Positions 1-13,519 are shown, numbered from the stretch's first letter. The stretch is 64,000 bases of DNA from Geosiphon pyriformis uo1 (GCA_016748015.1 JAAOMT010000671.1:124001-188000), one strand, 5' to 3'. The notes: generated by a model not told the origin, from the letters alone. A program made the numbers and translations.

Positions 1-1269
1 ACACCCTTGGGGTCAATACAGTTGGACTAAATTATTAGAAGAATATGGATCATTATTTGGAAATCTTATCCCAACAATTAATAAAACAGATGGAAATATG
101 TCGACATGGGAACCACCACCAATCCAACTCTTGACCAAAACATCAACTACTCTTTTTGAAGAAACAGCTATCCTCCAGCCCATTGAGAAAATTAACAAAA
201 AAAAACAACCAGAATTAGCACCAAGAGAACACTCTAGCATACAAACACCAAACCTCTCTACATTAACCAGTAAGGCTTCACCTACTCACCAGATTATGGC
301 TTACCAAGATATCGTCAAATTAGAGAAATTCTCTGGTAAACAAAATGAGACATATACATAGATTGCGGAAGCTAAAAAAGTCATCACCACCAACAATTGG
401 GATAATGATAAGGCCATTTAAGTGTTGTCATTTTTTTTGACCAAAACTGCAGACTTATGGTATCAAAGTCTTGTAGAGAAACCAACTGACTTTACTGCTT
501 TTAAACTTGTCTTTCTGCAATATTTTTGTGACCCCAACACTCTCATCAGATTACAAAATTAGTTCAATATCATAAAACAAAAAGATCACAAAGCAGTAAC
601 CACTTATCTTGGACAATTCAACCAAATTTTTCATCAAATCCAGATCATTGAAAGGGACTACTACACTGTGGCACAAATTTTTAATTAATTTATCAAAGAA
701 TTAAAGAGCAGCCTTCTCTGATTTATAAAACTCTGCCACCCAACAAACCTACAAAAAGCAGTTAATTTTGCTCATGACTTTGAGTCAGCAGAACAAGAGA
801 CTAACTATACTCAAGCCATTAATCTGGCTATTAATAGAACATCTGATATCAACACCAAAATAACTCAATTAAGTGAGAAATTCACTCAGAAAATTGAGGG
901 ATTTTTAGCCAATACTATAAGACCCTACCAGCCACTACAACAAAGGAATAATAATAATAACAGATATTAACAACAACCTTGGAGATCTAATCCCCACAAT
1001 TATTACTATTGTCAAAAATCTAAACATATTATCCGGGACTGCTGTAAAAAAATAATGGACCAAAATCAAGGAAATCAATATTAGTAACTGAAATACCCTT
1101 AAAACATAGTATTCCAATACCCTACACCTCAATATTAACTGCCTTAATACTTACAACAAATTTAGTATACCCAACAACTGTCTCAGAACTATTATCAGTT
1201 ATCACAGCCAATGGCTCAAATAGCACCCCAATACCAAAACCCTGTTAATAACCAACCTAAACATCATGC

Positions 1270-1877
1270 TGTTATGGTTGAGACCTATACTTCTTATTAA
1301 TTATTACATGTATTAGCCACACTATTTTTAAAAAGTGATCATTGACCATTTTTGACAACTATATAAGTGATGAATCTCTTAGCTGTAGAAAAGCATGTAA
1401 TAACAAGCATCTGAATAATCAAGAATAAATAAAATAACAACTTTCATCTCAATTCTTCTCTTATTACTAATTTCTCTTTTCTTATCTTCAAGTATCTGAA
1501 TATCTTAAAGATAAAAGATTACTTGTTGGCCTTTTCTTGACATATATAATTGTAGTATTTGAAAATTATTTAAATAAACGTGACTGAAAAGCACAAGTTG
1601 ATACCTGATATTGAATTCTAAGAGCACCAACATGAGGCATAGAATTATACCAGTAGTGATCAATTGTTGACAGTACAGACTATCCCTCTACTTTCAGATT
1701 CTTCAATTACTTTTGAAAAGAATAGCAACTGAGATAATTTATGAAACTGATCTTGCACATTGAATCTATATTCATTCAATTTGCTCTTTAAAGTTGAATT
1801 CCCCTTTGATTATTTCCATCACCCTACAATTCTGTTCTCCTTTGCTATCCATTAGCTTGTTACTCCAACCCATAACA
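1270..1877 (+). repeat. 5' LTR of B
   Basis: TG...CA ends with terminal inverted repeat; direct repeat of 9085-9785; TATATAA and AATAAA inside. Confidence 0.95.
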
Positions 1878-1883
1878 TAAAAG

Positions 1884-1901
1884 TGGTGCTCCCTGTGAAG
1901 T
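1884..1901 (+). promoter_or_regulatory. Primer binding site of B (TGGTGCTCCCTGTGAAG)
   Basis: Just 3' of the LTR; complementary to a tRNA ending GGAGCACCA (Ile-UAU or elongator Met type acceptor; identity not resolved). Confidence 0.8.
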
Positions 1902-1929
1902 TGTCAAAATTTACTTATTTCCTCATTGT

Positions 1930-3480
1930 ATGGGTAATTATTCATACTTGTCACAGCAATCAGAAGAACACTTTGCAGCACACAACAGAAATGACCTAGA
2001 GTTTATTGAACTCAATCCTCTGCTCTCCTGCTTGATCTGTTTCTCTGTTAAAAAACAATCCAGTAGACAATTCCAAGACTTTTGGAACTGGTTCTTGAAT
2101 GAGCATTCAGCTGAAATCTACACAGCTTATATCATCTATTACTTTGATCAAGCTTATTTTAAAGACAATTTTAAAGAAAAAAATACCAACATCAATCAGC
2201 TCTTATACTCCACAACCTTTGAACAACAGCCCCCTAATTTCGAATATCTGAATCACCAAATCCATATTTGGATTGCTGCTCACCAACTAGTTGAAAACCC
2301 CTTTGAAACAGAAGAAAAAAGTTACCAAACTGCCCCTATTTTTGATATTTTCTCAAGTGAATTAGAACACTCCACACAAACAGTAACTCTTGAACCAATA
2401 GCCCAAGATCCAATACAAGCAAACATCCTGGCTGCCCTCCAAGGTATACAAACTGCTTTGGGGTAAAGAAACAACATTTCACTACCATTATTTAGAGATG
2501 ATGCACAAGATCCAATTGAATAGTTGGATGACTTTGAGAGAGCTGCTACAGCTAACCAATACAATGATAAGTACAAGTTTCAAATTGTTGGTGGCTACCT
2601 TCAAGGCTCCCCTGTCACTTGGTTCTCATAGGAAACTGATGCCAATGCCCATTAAAGAATCATTAAATGGATGCCAGCATATGCTGAAGAAAACAACACC
2701 TCTTTCACAACCCAGTTTGAAAACAAGTTCAGAACCCCAATCTTGATATCCAAGTGGTGCATAGAATTGGAAAGAAGAACTCAAGGTTCAGGAAAAGTAG
2801 TAACTGAATATGCCAAAGCAATCAGAAAGTTAATCAAACAAGTAGACTCTGGAAAAAACTAGACAGAAGAACAAAAGATTTATTCCTTTACAAAAAGATT
2901 GAGAACCAACTTATCCTATGCTTTTTGGCTTCTCTTGGCTCTAAAAGATAATTCTACAATGGATATGACCATTGAACTTGTCCAAAAAATTGAAGACAAC
3001 CAAAGAATGCACTTGGAATCTACACTTCCAGTTTTTGCTTCTGCTTCTGTTATGGCTTCTGCTCTCCAAATGGCTGTTACTTCTTTTGCTGCCCAAACTC
3101 AAGACCCAAATGAACAGTTGATAAATAGACTCACAGCAAATTTTGCTTGGCTATTAGAACCATTAGCCCAAGCAGTTAGAGATAACCAGCAATCCCAAAG
3201 ACCCAGATTTGAGCCACGCTTCAATCAGCCTTAGCAACCACTTTATTAAAGACAACAAAATTATGGCCCACCTGTGTGCTATTGCTGTGGATTAATTAGA
3301 CATTTTTCAAGAGATTGCAACAATCTTTCCTTACTTCTTCCAGCTCCCAGAAACAATGATAACCAAAACAACAGAACTATTAACAACAATGCTCCCAATC
3401 AAAGACTTAATCATGCCAATATCAATTTCTTTAGAGAGGATCCCCTAGTTGAAGCCACTGTTTATCAGTCTTTAAACTAG
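1930..3480 (+). pseudogene. B gag (stop-interrupted)
   Basis: LPLFRDDAQDPIE capsid-like start, QGSGKVVTEYAKAIRKL major-homology-like motif, CYCCGLIRHFSRDC zinc knuckle. Confidence 0.85.
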
Positions 3481-3515
3481 TAGGCACACCTCCAAAGGGT
3501 GAGAGTGCAAGCCAA
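3471..3515 (+). promoter_or_regulatory. -1 programmed ribosomal frameshift signal (T TTA AAC plus stem-loop)
   Basis: Heptamer in correct phase immediately before gag TAG; the -1 frame is open into the protease ORF; GCACACC...GGT(GAGA)GTGC hairpin begins ~6 nt downstream. Confidence 0.75.
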
Positions 3516-6161
3516 CCAGAAGAAAACTTCTTTTATGTCTTTAACTTAACTAATGATGACCATGACATGGATGAACTAGCAATTAACATCACAGAATCAA
3601 CAAGAAAGAAGAAGAAAGCCAAGGTTGATTTTGTTTTAGATCCAAACAAACCATTTACATTAACTGCTGATAATAATGAGCCACCAAAGGCTAAAGTTTT
3701 TAAGAATTCTCCAAAGCTAGAACCCTCAGAAATAGTACAAAAATTTGGACCTTATTCTGTTGTTAAAAATCTCATAGAAACCCCAGCACATATTACCTTT
3801 GGCCAGCTAATGACCCATCCACAGTTTAGAAAAGATCTTTGCAAATCTCTGATCCCCAAGAAGAAAATACTAAAAATCAACAAATGCTTTTATCAAACTG
3901 GACTTGCTAACAACAGCAATGTTATCTCTTTAATTTGCAAAGCCCAAGTGGCTGGTTATTTCATCAACTTGATCCTAGACAGTGGATCATCTGTGAGTGT
4001 CATTGCCAAACATTTCTTAGAAGCAATTGGCAGAGAAATTGACAAACCTTCTACCAGACCTATGACCAATGTACATAGTGATAAAAAAAAAGGTTTTGGT
4101 ATTGCCAAAGCTATTCCTGTTTACATCAATGGCATCAGTATTAAAATTGACATGGAGGTTTCTGAAGCAAAGAAATACACCATCATTGTTGGCAATAAGT
4201 GGCTCAAGAAAGCAAAAGTCTTACTTGACTATGAACTGTGTAAATTAACCATCAGATGTGGTGAGAAGCCCATAGTAATTAAATGCTGCCATTGGACAAC
4301 TCCTCCAGCAAACAAACAGAATTAAGAAGAAGAACAATCAGACAAATCAGATGATGAAGAGAATGATAAAGAAAAAAAACAAGAGGAACAAGAAAAAACC
4401 ACTGAACTCGCATACATTACCTTTACTAGCAATGGCAAGCCACTGGATAATGTCAAAGCTGACAAAGAAGGAATCATTGTGAATGGCAAGCTGATCTGCT
4501 GGCCCTACTATGATATCCTTAGAAAAATCTTTAACCAAAAGCCTGGCAAGAAAGCCAAGTACCATTATTGGTGATATGGTCCTTGTGCCTGGTGCTGGTG
4601 CAACCAACCCTTGTATTCTCCAAGTGATGAATGCAAATCATGCCTGATCTATTACAAAGATTGGAAACCAATCAGTTTGATACCTAGAGAAAAATTGAAA
4701 GAAGTCCAAAAGTCCTTTGAAAATGAACCATTTGAGACCCAATCACTAGTTGTAGAACAAAAAAAACCCTCTCCAGAAGAAAGAAAAATAGACATTGAAA
4801 ATCTGCTGGCTAGAAACAGCCCAGTTATCTTAAAAGAAGGTGATACCTCTGGATGAATTCATGTGATACAACACACCATTACCACCAGAGAAACTCACCT
4901 CGTCCATCTAAAGCCATATCAATCCAATTGCCACAATAATGAGTTCATCAAGAAAGAAATAAAACGAATAAAAGATCTTGAATTCATACAAGAAACCAAG
5001 AGTAAATGGGCTTTCTCAGTTGTAGTGGTATTTAAGAAAAATGAAATCCTGCACTTCTATGTCAATTATCATTAATTAAATGCCATCACTGAAAGAGACA
5101 TGTACCCACTTCCCAAAATTGATGCAATGCTAGATCAATTCAAGGGTGCTGCTTTCTTCTCAACTATTGATCTAACTGCTGGATTTTGGCAAATAGAGAT
5201 GGATCCAGAAAGTCAGAAGAAAACCGCCTTTATAACCAAGTATAGCATTTATGAATTCACAGTCATGCCTTTTGGTCTCACCAATGCTCCTCCCACTTTT
5301 CAATGCTTAATGGACAAAGTATTTGAATCAGTGAAAGAAAATTTTGTTTTGGTTTATTTGGATGACATAATAGTATACTCAAAAACCTGGGATGAACATC
5401 TTAAACATTTGTAAAAAGTTTTTGACCTCCTTAGAAATGCTGGCCTTAAAATAAATCCAATCAAATCTTTCTTTGGATGGCAATCAACCCAATTTCTTGG
5501 CCATCTTATTACAAAAGATAGAATCTTTCCTGATTCAGCCAAGGTTGAAAAAGTCCAGAATATTAGACAACTAATGAATGTTCATGAACTGCACTCTTTC
5601 CTTGGTTTGGCTTCTTATTATCAGAAATTTGTTAAGGATTTTTCCAATATCGTTTTTTCACTCAATCAGCTACTTAGAAAAAATGTTAATTACCACTGGA
5701 GTACACATCAGCAGAAAGCATTTGAAACCCTCAAAGAAAAATTGGTTACAGAACCTATTCTCAAGCAACCTGATCTGGATCAACCTTTTATTCTTCATAC
5801 TGATGCATCTGGTTATGGACTTGGTGCTGTCCTGTCACAAAAAAATGAAGATGGCAGGGAATATGCAATAGCATATGCCAGTAAAACCTTTACACCAGCA
5901 GAACAGAACTATTCAATTACTGAACAGAAATGCTTAGCAGTAGTCTGGGCTACCAGTTACTGGGATAAGTATCTCCTGGGGGTAAAGTTTTTGGTGGTAA
6001 TAGATCACCAAGCTTTGGTTTGGTTATGCAACAAAAAGAAGCTAGAACATAAAAAAATAACTTGCTGAATACTCCACTTGGACAAATTTGACTATGACAT
6101 TCAACATCACAAAGGAGTGTATCATCAAAATGCCAACGCTCTCTCTAGACTTACCATCTAG
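3471..6161 (+). pseudogene. B pol: aspartic protease, short Cys-rich linker, RT, RNase H
   Basis: LILDSGSS; YPLPKID, MPFGLTNAP, YLDD; LHTDASGYGLGAVL; ends ALSRLTI*. Confidence 0.92.
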
Positions 6162-6229
6162 TAACAGTACAACTACCTTAAATCAAACCAACCTAATTAT
6201 TAGTAATTCTCTCACAACCAAACACAATA

Positions 6230-8417
6230 ATGGACTTAGACAACTACTCTGCCTTAATGGAATTTTTGGGTAAAAGACAATACCCACTGGAATACAATTG
6301 ACAGCAAAGAGAACATTTGCACAAACAATCAAATTTCTATTTGATCCATCAGAACCAACTATACAAAAAAGATCCTGACTGCCCCCAAAAAGTCATAAGA
6401 TTTGAAGAAAGAGAAATTGTGATCTATAACATGTACACTGATTTATTAGCTAGACACTTTGGAAAAACAAAAACAATTCAGAAAACTCTAGCTTGCTATT
6501 ATTGGCCTATCTTAGAAAAAGACATTGCTGAGTACATTAAAATCTGTGATACCTGCCAAAAAAGAGAAAAACCCAATAGAAAAAAAAATATTTATCCAAT
6601 CTCTGTTGGCCAACCATTTGACAGGATTGGTATAGATGTTGTTGGACTCTTAACAATAACCTCTGATGACAACAGATACATTATCACAGCTACTGACTAT
6701 CTTACAAAGTGGGTAGAAGCAAGAGTCACTTCAGACCAAACAGCAGTTTCAATAGCCAATTTTATTTATGAAGATATCATCTGCCATCATGGCTGCTTCA
6801 GAGAACTTTTATCTGATAGAGAAAAAGCTTTTCTTAGTACACTGATTGAAGAACTTTGTAGAAAAATGGGAATATATTACAAACTTTTCTCCCCTTATCA
6901 CCCCTAAACAAATAGTCTAGTGAAATGTTTTAATAGAACATTATGTGAAACTCTAGCCAAAACAAGTAAAGAAACAAACTTATAGAACAAAGTATTGCCT
7001 TCAGCTTTGTTTGCTTATAGAACTGTGAATCATAACATAACAAATTATAAACCTTTTTATCTGCTCTATGGACACTGTTACTTATAGAAATATAGAAAAT
7101 ATATTAGCAGGAGTAGTAGCTAATTAAAAGTAGGCATAGTAAATGTGGAATTCCAGGATTCCTCTCAGGAATTGCAGGATTCCAGAAATTTCAGAATTCT
7201 CCGACGAGGAATTGCAGGATTCCAGAATTCCAGGATTCCTCTCAAAAAAATCACAGGATTCCAGGAATTCCAAGATTCCTGTCATAAAGAATCAAGGAAT
7301 TGAGGAATCTCAATTATGTATATATAGCAGCAGGATTAAAAGCTGAAAAGACAGATCTCTCAGTTTAGATTTAAGCTAAGCAACATTTCAGTTTCCAATC
7401 ATCAAATAAATAATTATTTCATATCTCAACCCATTCTCTATTATCAACATGAAGTGTTGATAGTAATTGATACTTAACCATGCTGGAACAATAGCTCTTA
7501 ATTATGACTATTGATGAGATACTAACATACTAAATTGCCTTGACTTATTTTCTCTATTTTCTTTATTTTATTTTCTTTATTTTATTTTCTTTCTTTTTTG
7601 ATTTTGTTGTTGTATACTAATTGATTAAAAAATTAAGCACTGAGTTATTGATGTCAAGGATAGCTTGGTAAAAGACCCAGAAATAAGAGTAGGATTTTAT
7701 ATATTATCGGATAGCTTACCAAAAGGGCACAACTGTCAGACTAAATCTGGCCACCACACTGAGAAAAAAATTGGGAAAACTCTTGGAAAGATACATCTAT
7801 TATTGACACTATTGAATCTCTGTTCATTATACAAAAGACTCCATCAAAACTTTCAGATACAACACTTGCAGAATCTCATCCACGGAAGTCACTTTTGAGC
7901 ACCAAGTTATGGGTTTGTTATTTAATTCAACAGCAAAAATAATTACCTGTAACAATGCATAACAACACTACTAATAGAAACTGACATTGAGACAATATCC
8001 TTTGAAGAGATCACAATAGCAAATTACAAAGACATTTTACAAAGAAGACTTGGTACCATTCTTGACTCATTAGTAGAAGCACAAATAGTTGCTTTTGAAA
8101 AGATAAAACAGTTTCAAAAAAAGCTTAAAAAGAAAAAAACCTATAAAACACTTTCTTTAAGTGTTGGTGACTTGGTATTAAAATACTGTTTAGACAGAGA
8201 CAATGTCTATGGTGATAAATTTTCTAGCCAGTGGAAAAGACTCTTTATAGTCAACAAAGTTTTGAACAATGGTTCTTATATTCTTCAAGATTAATCTGGA
8301 ACAATCTTTAATAATCAATTTGTTCACAGCATGCGACTCAAGAAATATTACAAACAACCTGATTGGTTGCTTGTTGTGGTAATACCGACTCAAATAATCA
8401 ACAAAAATCAAGTATAA
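6230..8417 (+). pseudogene. B integrase (own ATG; split by solo LTR S)
   Basis: MDLDNYSALMEFL start; H...CDTCQ zinc module; IGIDVVG, DYLTKW, SPYHP; YG|R junction restored by removing 7076-7958; SH3/GPY-F-like tail. Confidence 0.9.
7076..7954 (+). mobile_element. Solo LTR S (C/E-type LTR family)
   Basis: TGTTAC...GTAACA; homologous to LTRs at 32149 and 45932; TSD ACAC/ATGC (both derivable from ACGC). Confidence 0.92.
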
Positions 8418-8458
8418 ATAAACGCACTATTCCCAAAACAGAGGTATTTTCAATCAAC

Positions 8459-9084
8459 ATGAACAATTATTTTCTGGATTAAAACATTTAAAATGCCTTC
8501 TATACTCTCCATGAGTATTGGATTAAAAACTATCCAAATGCTACTTTGACCATTGGAAAACAGACTACCATAATTGATAGCAGTGAAACACATACTGTTA
8601 TTAGACCAAAAAAAACAACTATCAGAAGAGAAAAAATTGGTAGCAAAATAGATAAATATCTGCTAGAAAGTATAACAGCAGTGATACTTGTACTTTCCAC
8701 CACACTTGGAAAAACAATTAAAGAAATTTTACCCATAGACAAAAACTTGTCATATGGAAGACAACTAGAGTTCTATGGTCATTTTGGTGAAATCATAGAT
8801 GACATAAAGCTCATAAAGAAAACAACTTCAGAAATACAGACAGAAATTTTGGGCATTATATAATTAGATGTTCCAAGAATTTTAACTATTGCTAGAAAAG
8901 CCAAAACTTTAATACAAAAATTTGGTCTTTTGGATACAAAACTCATTTCATCTCAAGTATTATACATCTTATCTACAAAAAACTTCAATAAATTAGTTAG
9001 CTTTGAGTTAGATAAAACTCTTTAAATAGATTACACTATAAATAGCTTGATTTTGCCAGAGCTCAATCTCTTTGGAGAGGATGA
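8459..9084 (+). pseudogene. B ORF3, unknown ~210 aa soluble protein
   Basis: ATG 8459 is in frame with ORF 8546-8863; internal stops are all TAA (compatible with CAA); TATAAATA at 8413. Confidence 0.7.
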
Positions 9085-9785
9085 TGTTATGGTTGAGACT
9101 TATACTTCTTATTAATTATCACATGTATTAGCCACTAATGTCATATGATTAGCCACACTATTTTTAGAAAGTGATCATTGATCTGATCAATGACCTGACT
9201 GTTGACCTGACCATTGACCTGATCATTGATCTGATCATTGACCTGATCATTGACCACTTTTAACAGCTATATAAGTGATGAATCTCTTAGCTGTAGAAAA
9301 GCATATAATAACAAGCATCTGAATAATCAAAAATAAATAAAATAACAATTTTCATTTCAATCCTTCTCTTATTGTTAATTTCTCTTTCCTTACCTTCAAG
9401 TATCTGAACATCTTAAAGATAAAAGATTACTTGTTGGCCTTTTTCTGACATATATAATTATAGCATTTGAAGATTATTTAAATAAACGTGACTGAAAAGC
9501 ACAAGTTGATACCTAATATTGAATTCTAAAAGCGCCAATGTGAGGCATAAAATTATACCAATGGTGATCAATTGTTAACAGTATGGACTATTTCTCTACC
9601 TTCAGATTCTTCAGTTATCTTTGAAAAGAATAGTGACTGAGATATTTTATGAGACTGATCTTGCACATTGAATCCATACTCATTCAATTCACTCTTTAAA
9701 GTTGAATTCTCCTTTGATTATTTCTATCACCCTACAATTCTGTTCTCTCTTGCTATCTATTAGCTTGTTACTCCAACCCATAACA
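9085..9785 (+). repeat. 3' LTR of B with 12-bp TGACCTGATCAT tandem array (~9170-9256)
   Basis: Direct repeat of 1270-1877, preceded by PPT. Confidence 0.95.
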
Positions 9786-11534
9786 ATATAATTAATTATA
9801 ATTAAGGATGGAAGAACCTCAGCAACAATCAGATGCTGACTAACAATGTACTATTGCAATCTCTAAATCATAGTAATGCCCTATCTTAATCAATACTTAC
9901 TAGATACTCTAACCAAGCCTTATATCTTGGTCTCACTAAAAACCAGGATTTTTATAGTTCTACATCTTTAAAAAGAAAGAATGTAGGAAAGACTCCTAAC
10001 TCTTTAAGACAAAATTGAGCCAACAATACTATCCTACCCACCACTATTACTGAAGATACTACCTTTGCTGCTATTTTTCCCTTCAACATTGATGGTCTGA
10101 ACGTAAATAGCTTTTTCAATAAAGCCATCATAAATTAGGACAAACCAATTATGGTCCTGTACACTAATGCTAGAGTCAGAAACATAGACATTAAATTAAT
10201 TCTTGATAGCAAATCAGCAGACAGTATAATAATAAAACAACTTATGGATCAATTAGGTCACCAAGTAGATTGTGCTGCAATTGTCAAAATAATTACCACA
10301 GATGGCAATACCAAAATCCCAATCAGAGAAATTAATAACTTTTTTTTCAAAATTAATAGAATTCAAATTTCTACAAAAGTTCTAGTCATAGAAGCCATGC
10401 AATATCAAGCTCTTATCAGAAACAATTGGTTGGCCAAAGCCTATGTCACTCTTAACTGGAACACACAGGAATTACAGATTATCTTTAATGAATAACATGC
10501 CTGAGTTCCAGCTATATGTAGACACTTCAAAGTCCAAAGCTTGAAGGAACTGCTAATTGAATTCAAAAACACAACACCACCACCAATTATAGAAACTTAT
10601 CAAGTTTCGTGGGTGAACAATTTCTAAACAGAGTTACCCCTACCACCAACTTGAGAAGAAAAAAGAAAGGGAAAAGCAGAAGAAAAACTACAATTGGCAT
10701 CTGCAGACTATTCCATTCCAAGTCAAAAAAGTCAATGGTATTGAATTCCGAAATTAATTTGTGTCGACTATGAGAAAAAGTTATCTTCTATGGACACATG
10801 TATTAGAAACAATAAGAAATAGCCAACTGCCACCAAACATTACTGTAGACCTTGTGTATTAGAAAGATTTGACAGACCAAAATAACAAGGCAAATAAGAC
10901 AATATGCCATGCCTTGCCTGTGGTGAGATCCTGTCAAATGAAAGATTATGGAACAATGTTCTTGGCAAAGGAAGAACATGTGACAAAACATGTCAATATA
11001 CTATCTTAATTAATGATTGGGTACAAAAAAGAACTCCAATCGACAATGCCTAAAAACAAGCATTATAATAATTGGATGGATATCCCCATGATAAACATGA
11101 AATTTGGAGAATGGCAAGTGTGAAAGCAGAGAGTGCTACAACCAGGGAATTACAGAAAATCAAAAACAACTCCTTATCCCTTCCAGAACCCAAATATATT
11201 ATGACTTTGGATGTTTTTGGCAACATTGAAGACAATTCAGAATACTTCTATGAGCACTACCAAAACCTGACACTGACTAGAAAAGAGCAGAAACAAAAGC
11301 TAGCTAACTTAAACACAAAACTGTGTAATTATTGTTTGATCCCTTGTCACTTTCAGTACTGCAACAAATGTAATATCATATTTAACCTGCCTTCAAGAAA
11401 ACTATACCCAATCACTGAAGTACCAGAACCTGAGGAAAAAAAGGAATTAATTACCAAGGACATGTTATTTCAAGATTCAACTAAGAATACCAAAACAGAA
11501 CAGTATCTTGTGTATTCCAACCTATCCAAAGAAT

Positions 11535-12125
11535 TAGTATTGTCAATTACCGTAATCAAGAGTGATTGATCCAAATCATTAATGATTCAAGGCAGTTATG
11601 CTAAAAGCATTTGTTTTGGAATAAAGATATGAAACAATGATCAATTTATGTATATTCCACAAAGTTTGAAAACATAAATTTATGATTCTGATTTCTTGAT
11701 AATTGATTTATTTCAGAAGATGAAGATGGAATAGAATAAATGATAAAAGGAGTAAGAATATTTGATTTTTGTCTAGGAGTTTGTATCTATCTGTTTCCCT
11801 GTTTCTACCTTCTATAACTACTTATTTTTATACATTTTTTTGGTTTTACAGGATTGCTTCTAATTGTTTTGTTATTGCTAATTATTGCTTTGTTATTTTT
11901 GTTATTGCTTTGTTCTTCTATGTTATTACTAGTTATTCTATGTTATAACATATTATCTGGTATTATTATATGTTATTTTGTGTTATTCTATGTTATAATA
12001 TGTTATCCTGCACTATCCTAAGTTATAACATGTTATCCAACATTATTGTGTACTATTCTGTGTTAATGTTATGTTTTGGTCATGTTTCTTCATAACTTCA
12101 GATCAGTTTTTCTACTCTGGTAACA
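11535..12125 (-). mobile_element. Truncated LTR H of another family, inserted in the dUTPase of E
   Basis: Minus-strand start TGTTACCAGAG at 12125; TGTTAT-rich tandem array 11860-12075; flank CTGG interrupts DAEFNLRYP of E. Confidence 0.75.
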
Positions 12126-13519
12126 CTGGATATCTTAGATTAAACTCTGCATCAGTATTATATATGCATTTGGGCATAATATCTTCATTATTATTGCTGA
12201 ACTATTTAAGTTCCTGTTCCTTAGTGAGGTCAGAAAGTACAATATATTGTTTGAAGTTTGAATCAAAGTTTAAATTATTGTAATTATCATTGCTAATTTG
12301 AACAAAATTGGAACCATTATTTTTATCATCATCATTGTCAGAGTTTAAATTGGAATTGAATGTTGATTCTGATTTCAATACACAGCTACTGATTGGTTCT
12401 TTTTCTTTTGAGATTGTGTAAATCATGTATGGTGGTAGATTGTAGATAAGGTCACACTCATTACAATATTAAAAGTCACATAGAATCAAACAATAGTCAT
12501 ATAGTTGGGTGTTTAATTGTTCTAAACACTATTCTTGCTCTTTTTTTGTGAGTGCTAAATTTTAATAACACTTGTAAAACTCTTTTAGGTCTGTCTCTAT
12601 ATCAAGAAAAACATCTGGATTTGGAATAAAAATGATATCAACTGGTTCTAAAGGATTATTTTTAATTTCCAAGATTTTGTTGAATGTGGCTCTTTTGATT
12701 TTGGTATTCTTTATTCACCAGATTTTGTTTTTGTTGTGTAGGTAACTGTTCAAACAAGAGATTGTTTAGTGCTATGCTGCAGTAATAAAAGTTCTACAAC
12801 TTATTCAGTTACTAATGAGGATCATATACTGGCATGAAGTCTTATACATTCCTTCTTAACCAAAAATGTCATTCTATATTCTTTTGTCAAGCAACTGCTC
12901 TTTACAAGAGAGACATGATTCATTGTCCCACTTGTTTTGTTGTTTTGGATAGCTATACTGTTTTCTGTAACACAGCTTGCAATAATAGTGGATTCATATT
13001 CAGTAATCTTTATTGGGTGCTATTCAAGCTTTCATGGAAGAAAGTTTCTTGCTGCAATCTTGGCACTTAAATGGAATGTATGATAGTGTTATTCATAGAA
13101 TATAAAAAGTATATTAGCATATAAATTAGCCAATCAAAAGTAGCCATAGTAAATATGGAATCTCAGGATTTTTCTTAAAGGAATTACAAGATTCTAGAAA
13201 TTTCAGGATTCTTGTACAAGGAATTCCAGGATTCCAGAATTCCAGGATTCCTCTTAAAAGAATTGCAAGATTTCAGAAATTTCAGAATTCCTGGTGTGAA
13301 GAATTGAGGAATTAAAAAATTTCAATTATGTATATATATTGGTAGCATTAAAAGTAAAAAAAACAGACCTCTCAGTTTAGATCTGATCTAAACAACCTTC
13401 CATTTACAAATATCAATAAAATAATTATTCCCTATTTTAAATCTACTCTCTACTATCAACATTTCATGTTGATAGTAATTAATATTTAACTATACTGGAA
13501 CAATAGCTCTTGATTATGG

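Larger units (their letters stand above)
1270..9785 (+). mobile_element. Full-length degenerate Ty3/gypsy element B (gag, -1 frameshift, PR-RT-RH, separate IN, ORF3; no dUTPase)
   Basis: Paired LTRs TGTTATGG...CCATAACA; PBS after 5' LTR; PPT GGAGAGGATGA 9074-9084; domain order PR-RT-RH-IN; flanks ATGC/ATAT. Confidence 0.95.
1..11536 (+). mobile_element. Ty3/gypsy element A (degenerate). Gag 1-1269, then protease/Cys-rich region 9790-11536. Split by B, truncated just before dUTPase, 5' end outside window
   Basis: Gag MAYQDIVKLEKFSG at 296; decayed CCHC knuckle ~1000; protease LILDSKSA (10151 ORF); Cys-rich LCNYCLIPCHFQYCNKC (11072 ORF); many CAA/CAG to stop changes. Confidence 0.9.

Noticed and set aside
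3460-3497. 38-nt GT-AG mini-intron joining gag and pol in B
   Set aside because: Formally possible, but very short with no clear branch point; the in-phase slippery heptamer and open -1 frame explain the junction better
8459-9084. ORF3 as an env gene
   Set aside because: Short and hydrophilic, with no signal peptide, furin site or transmembrane helix in any copy
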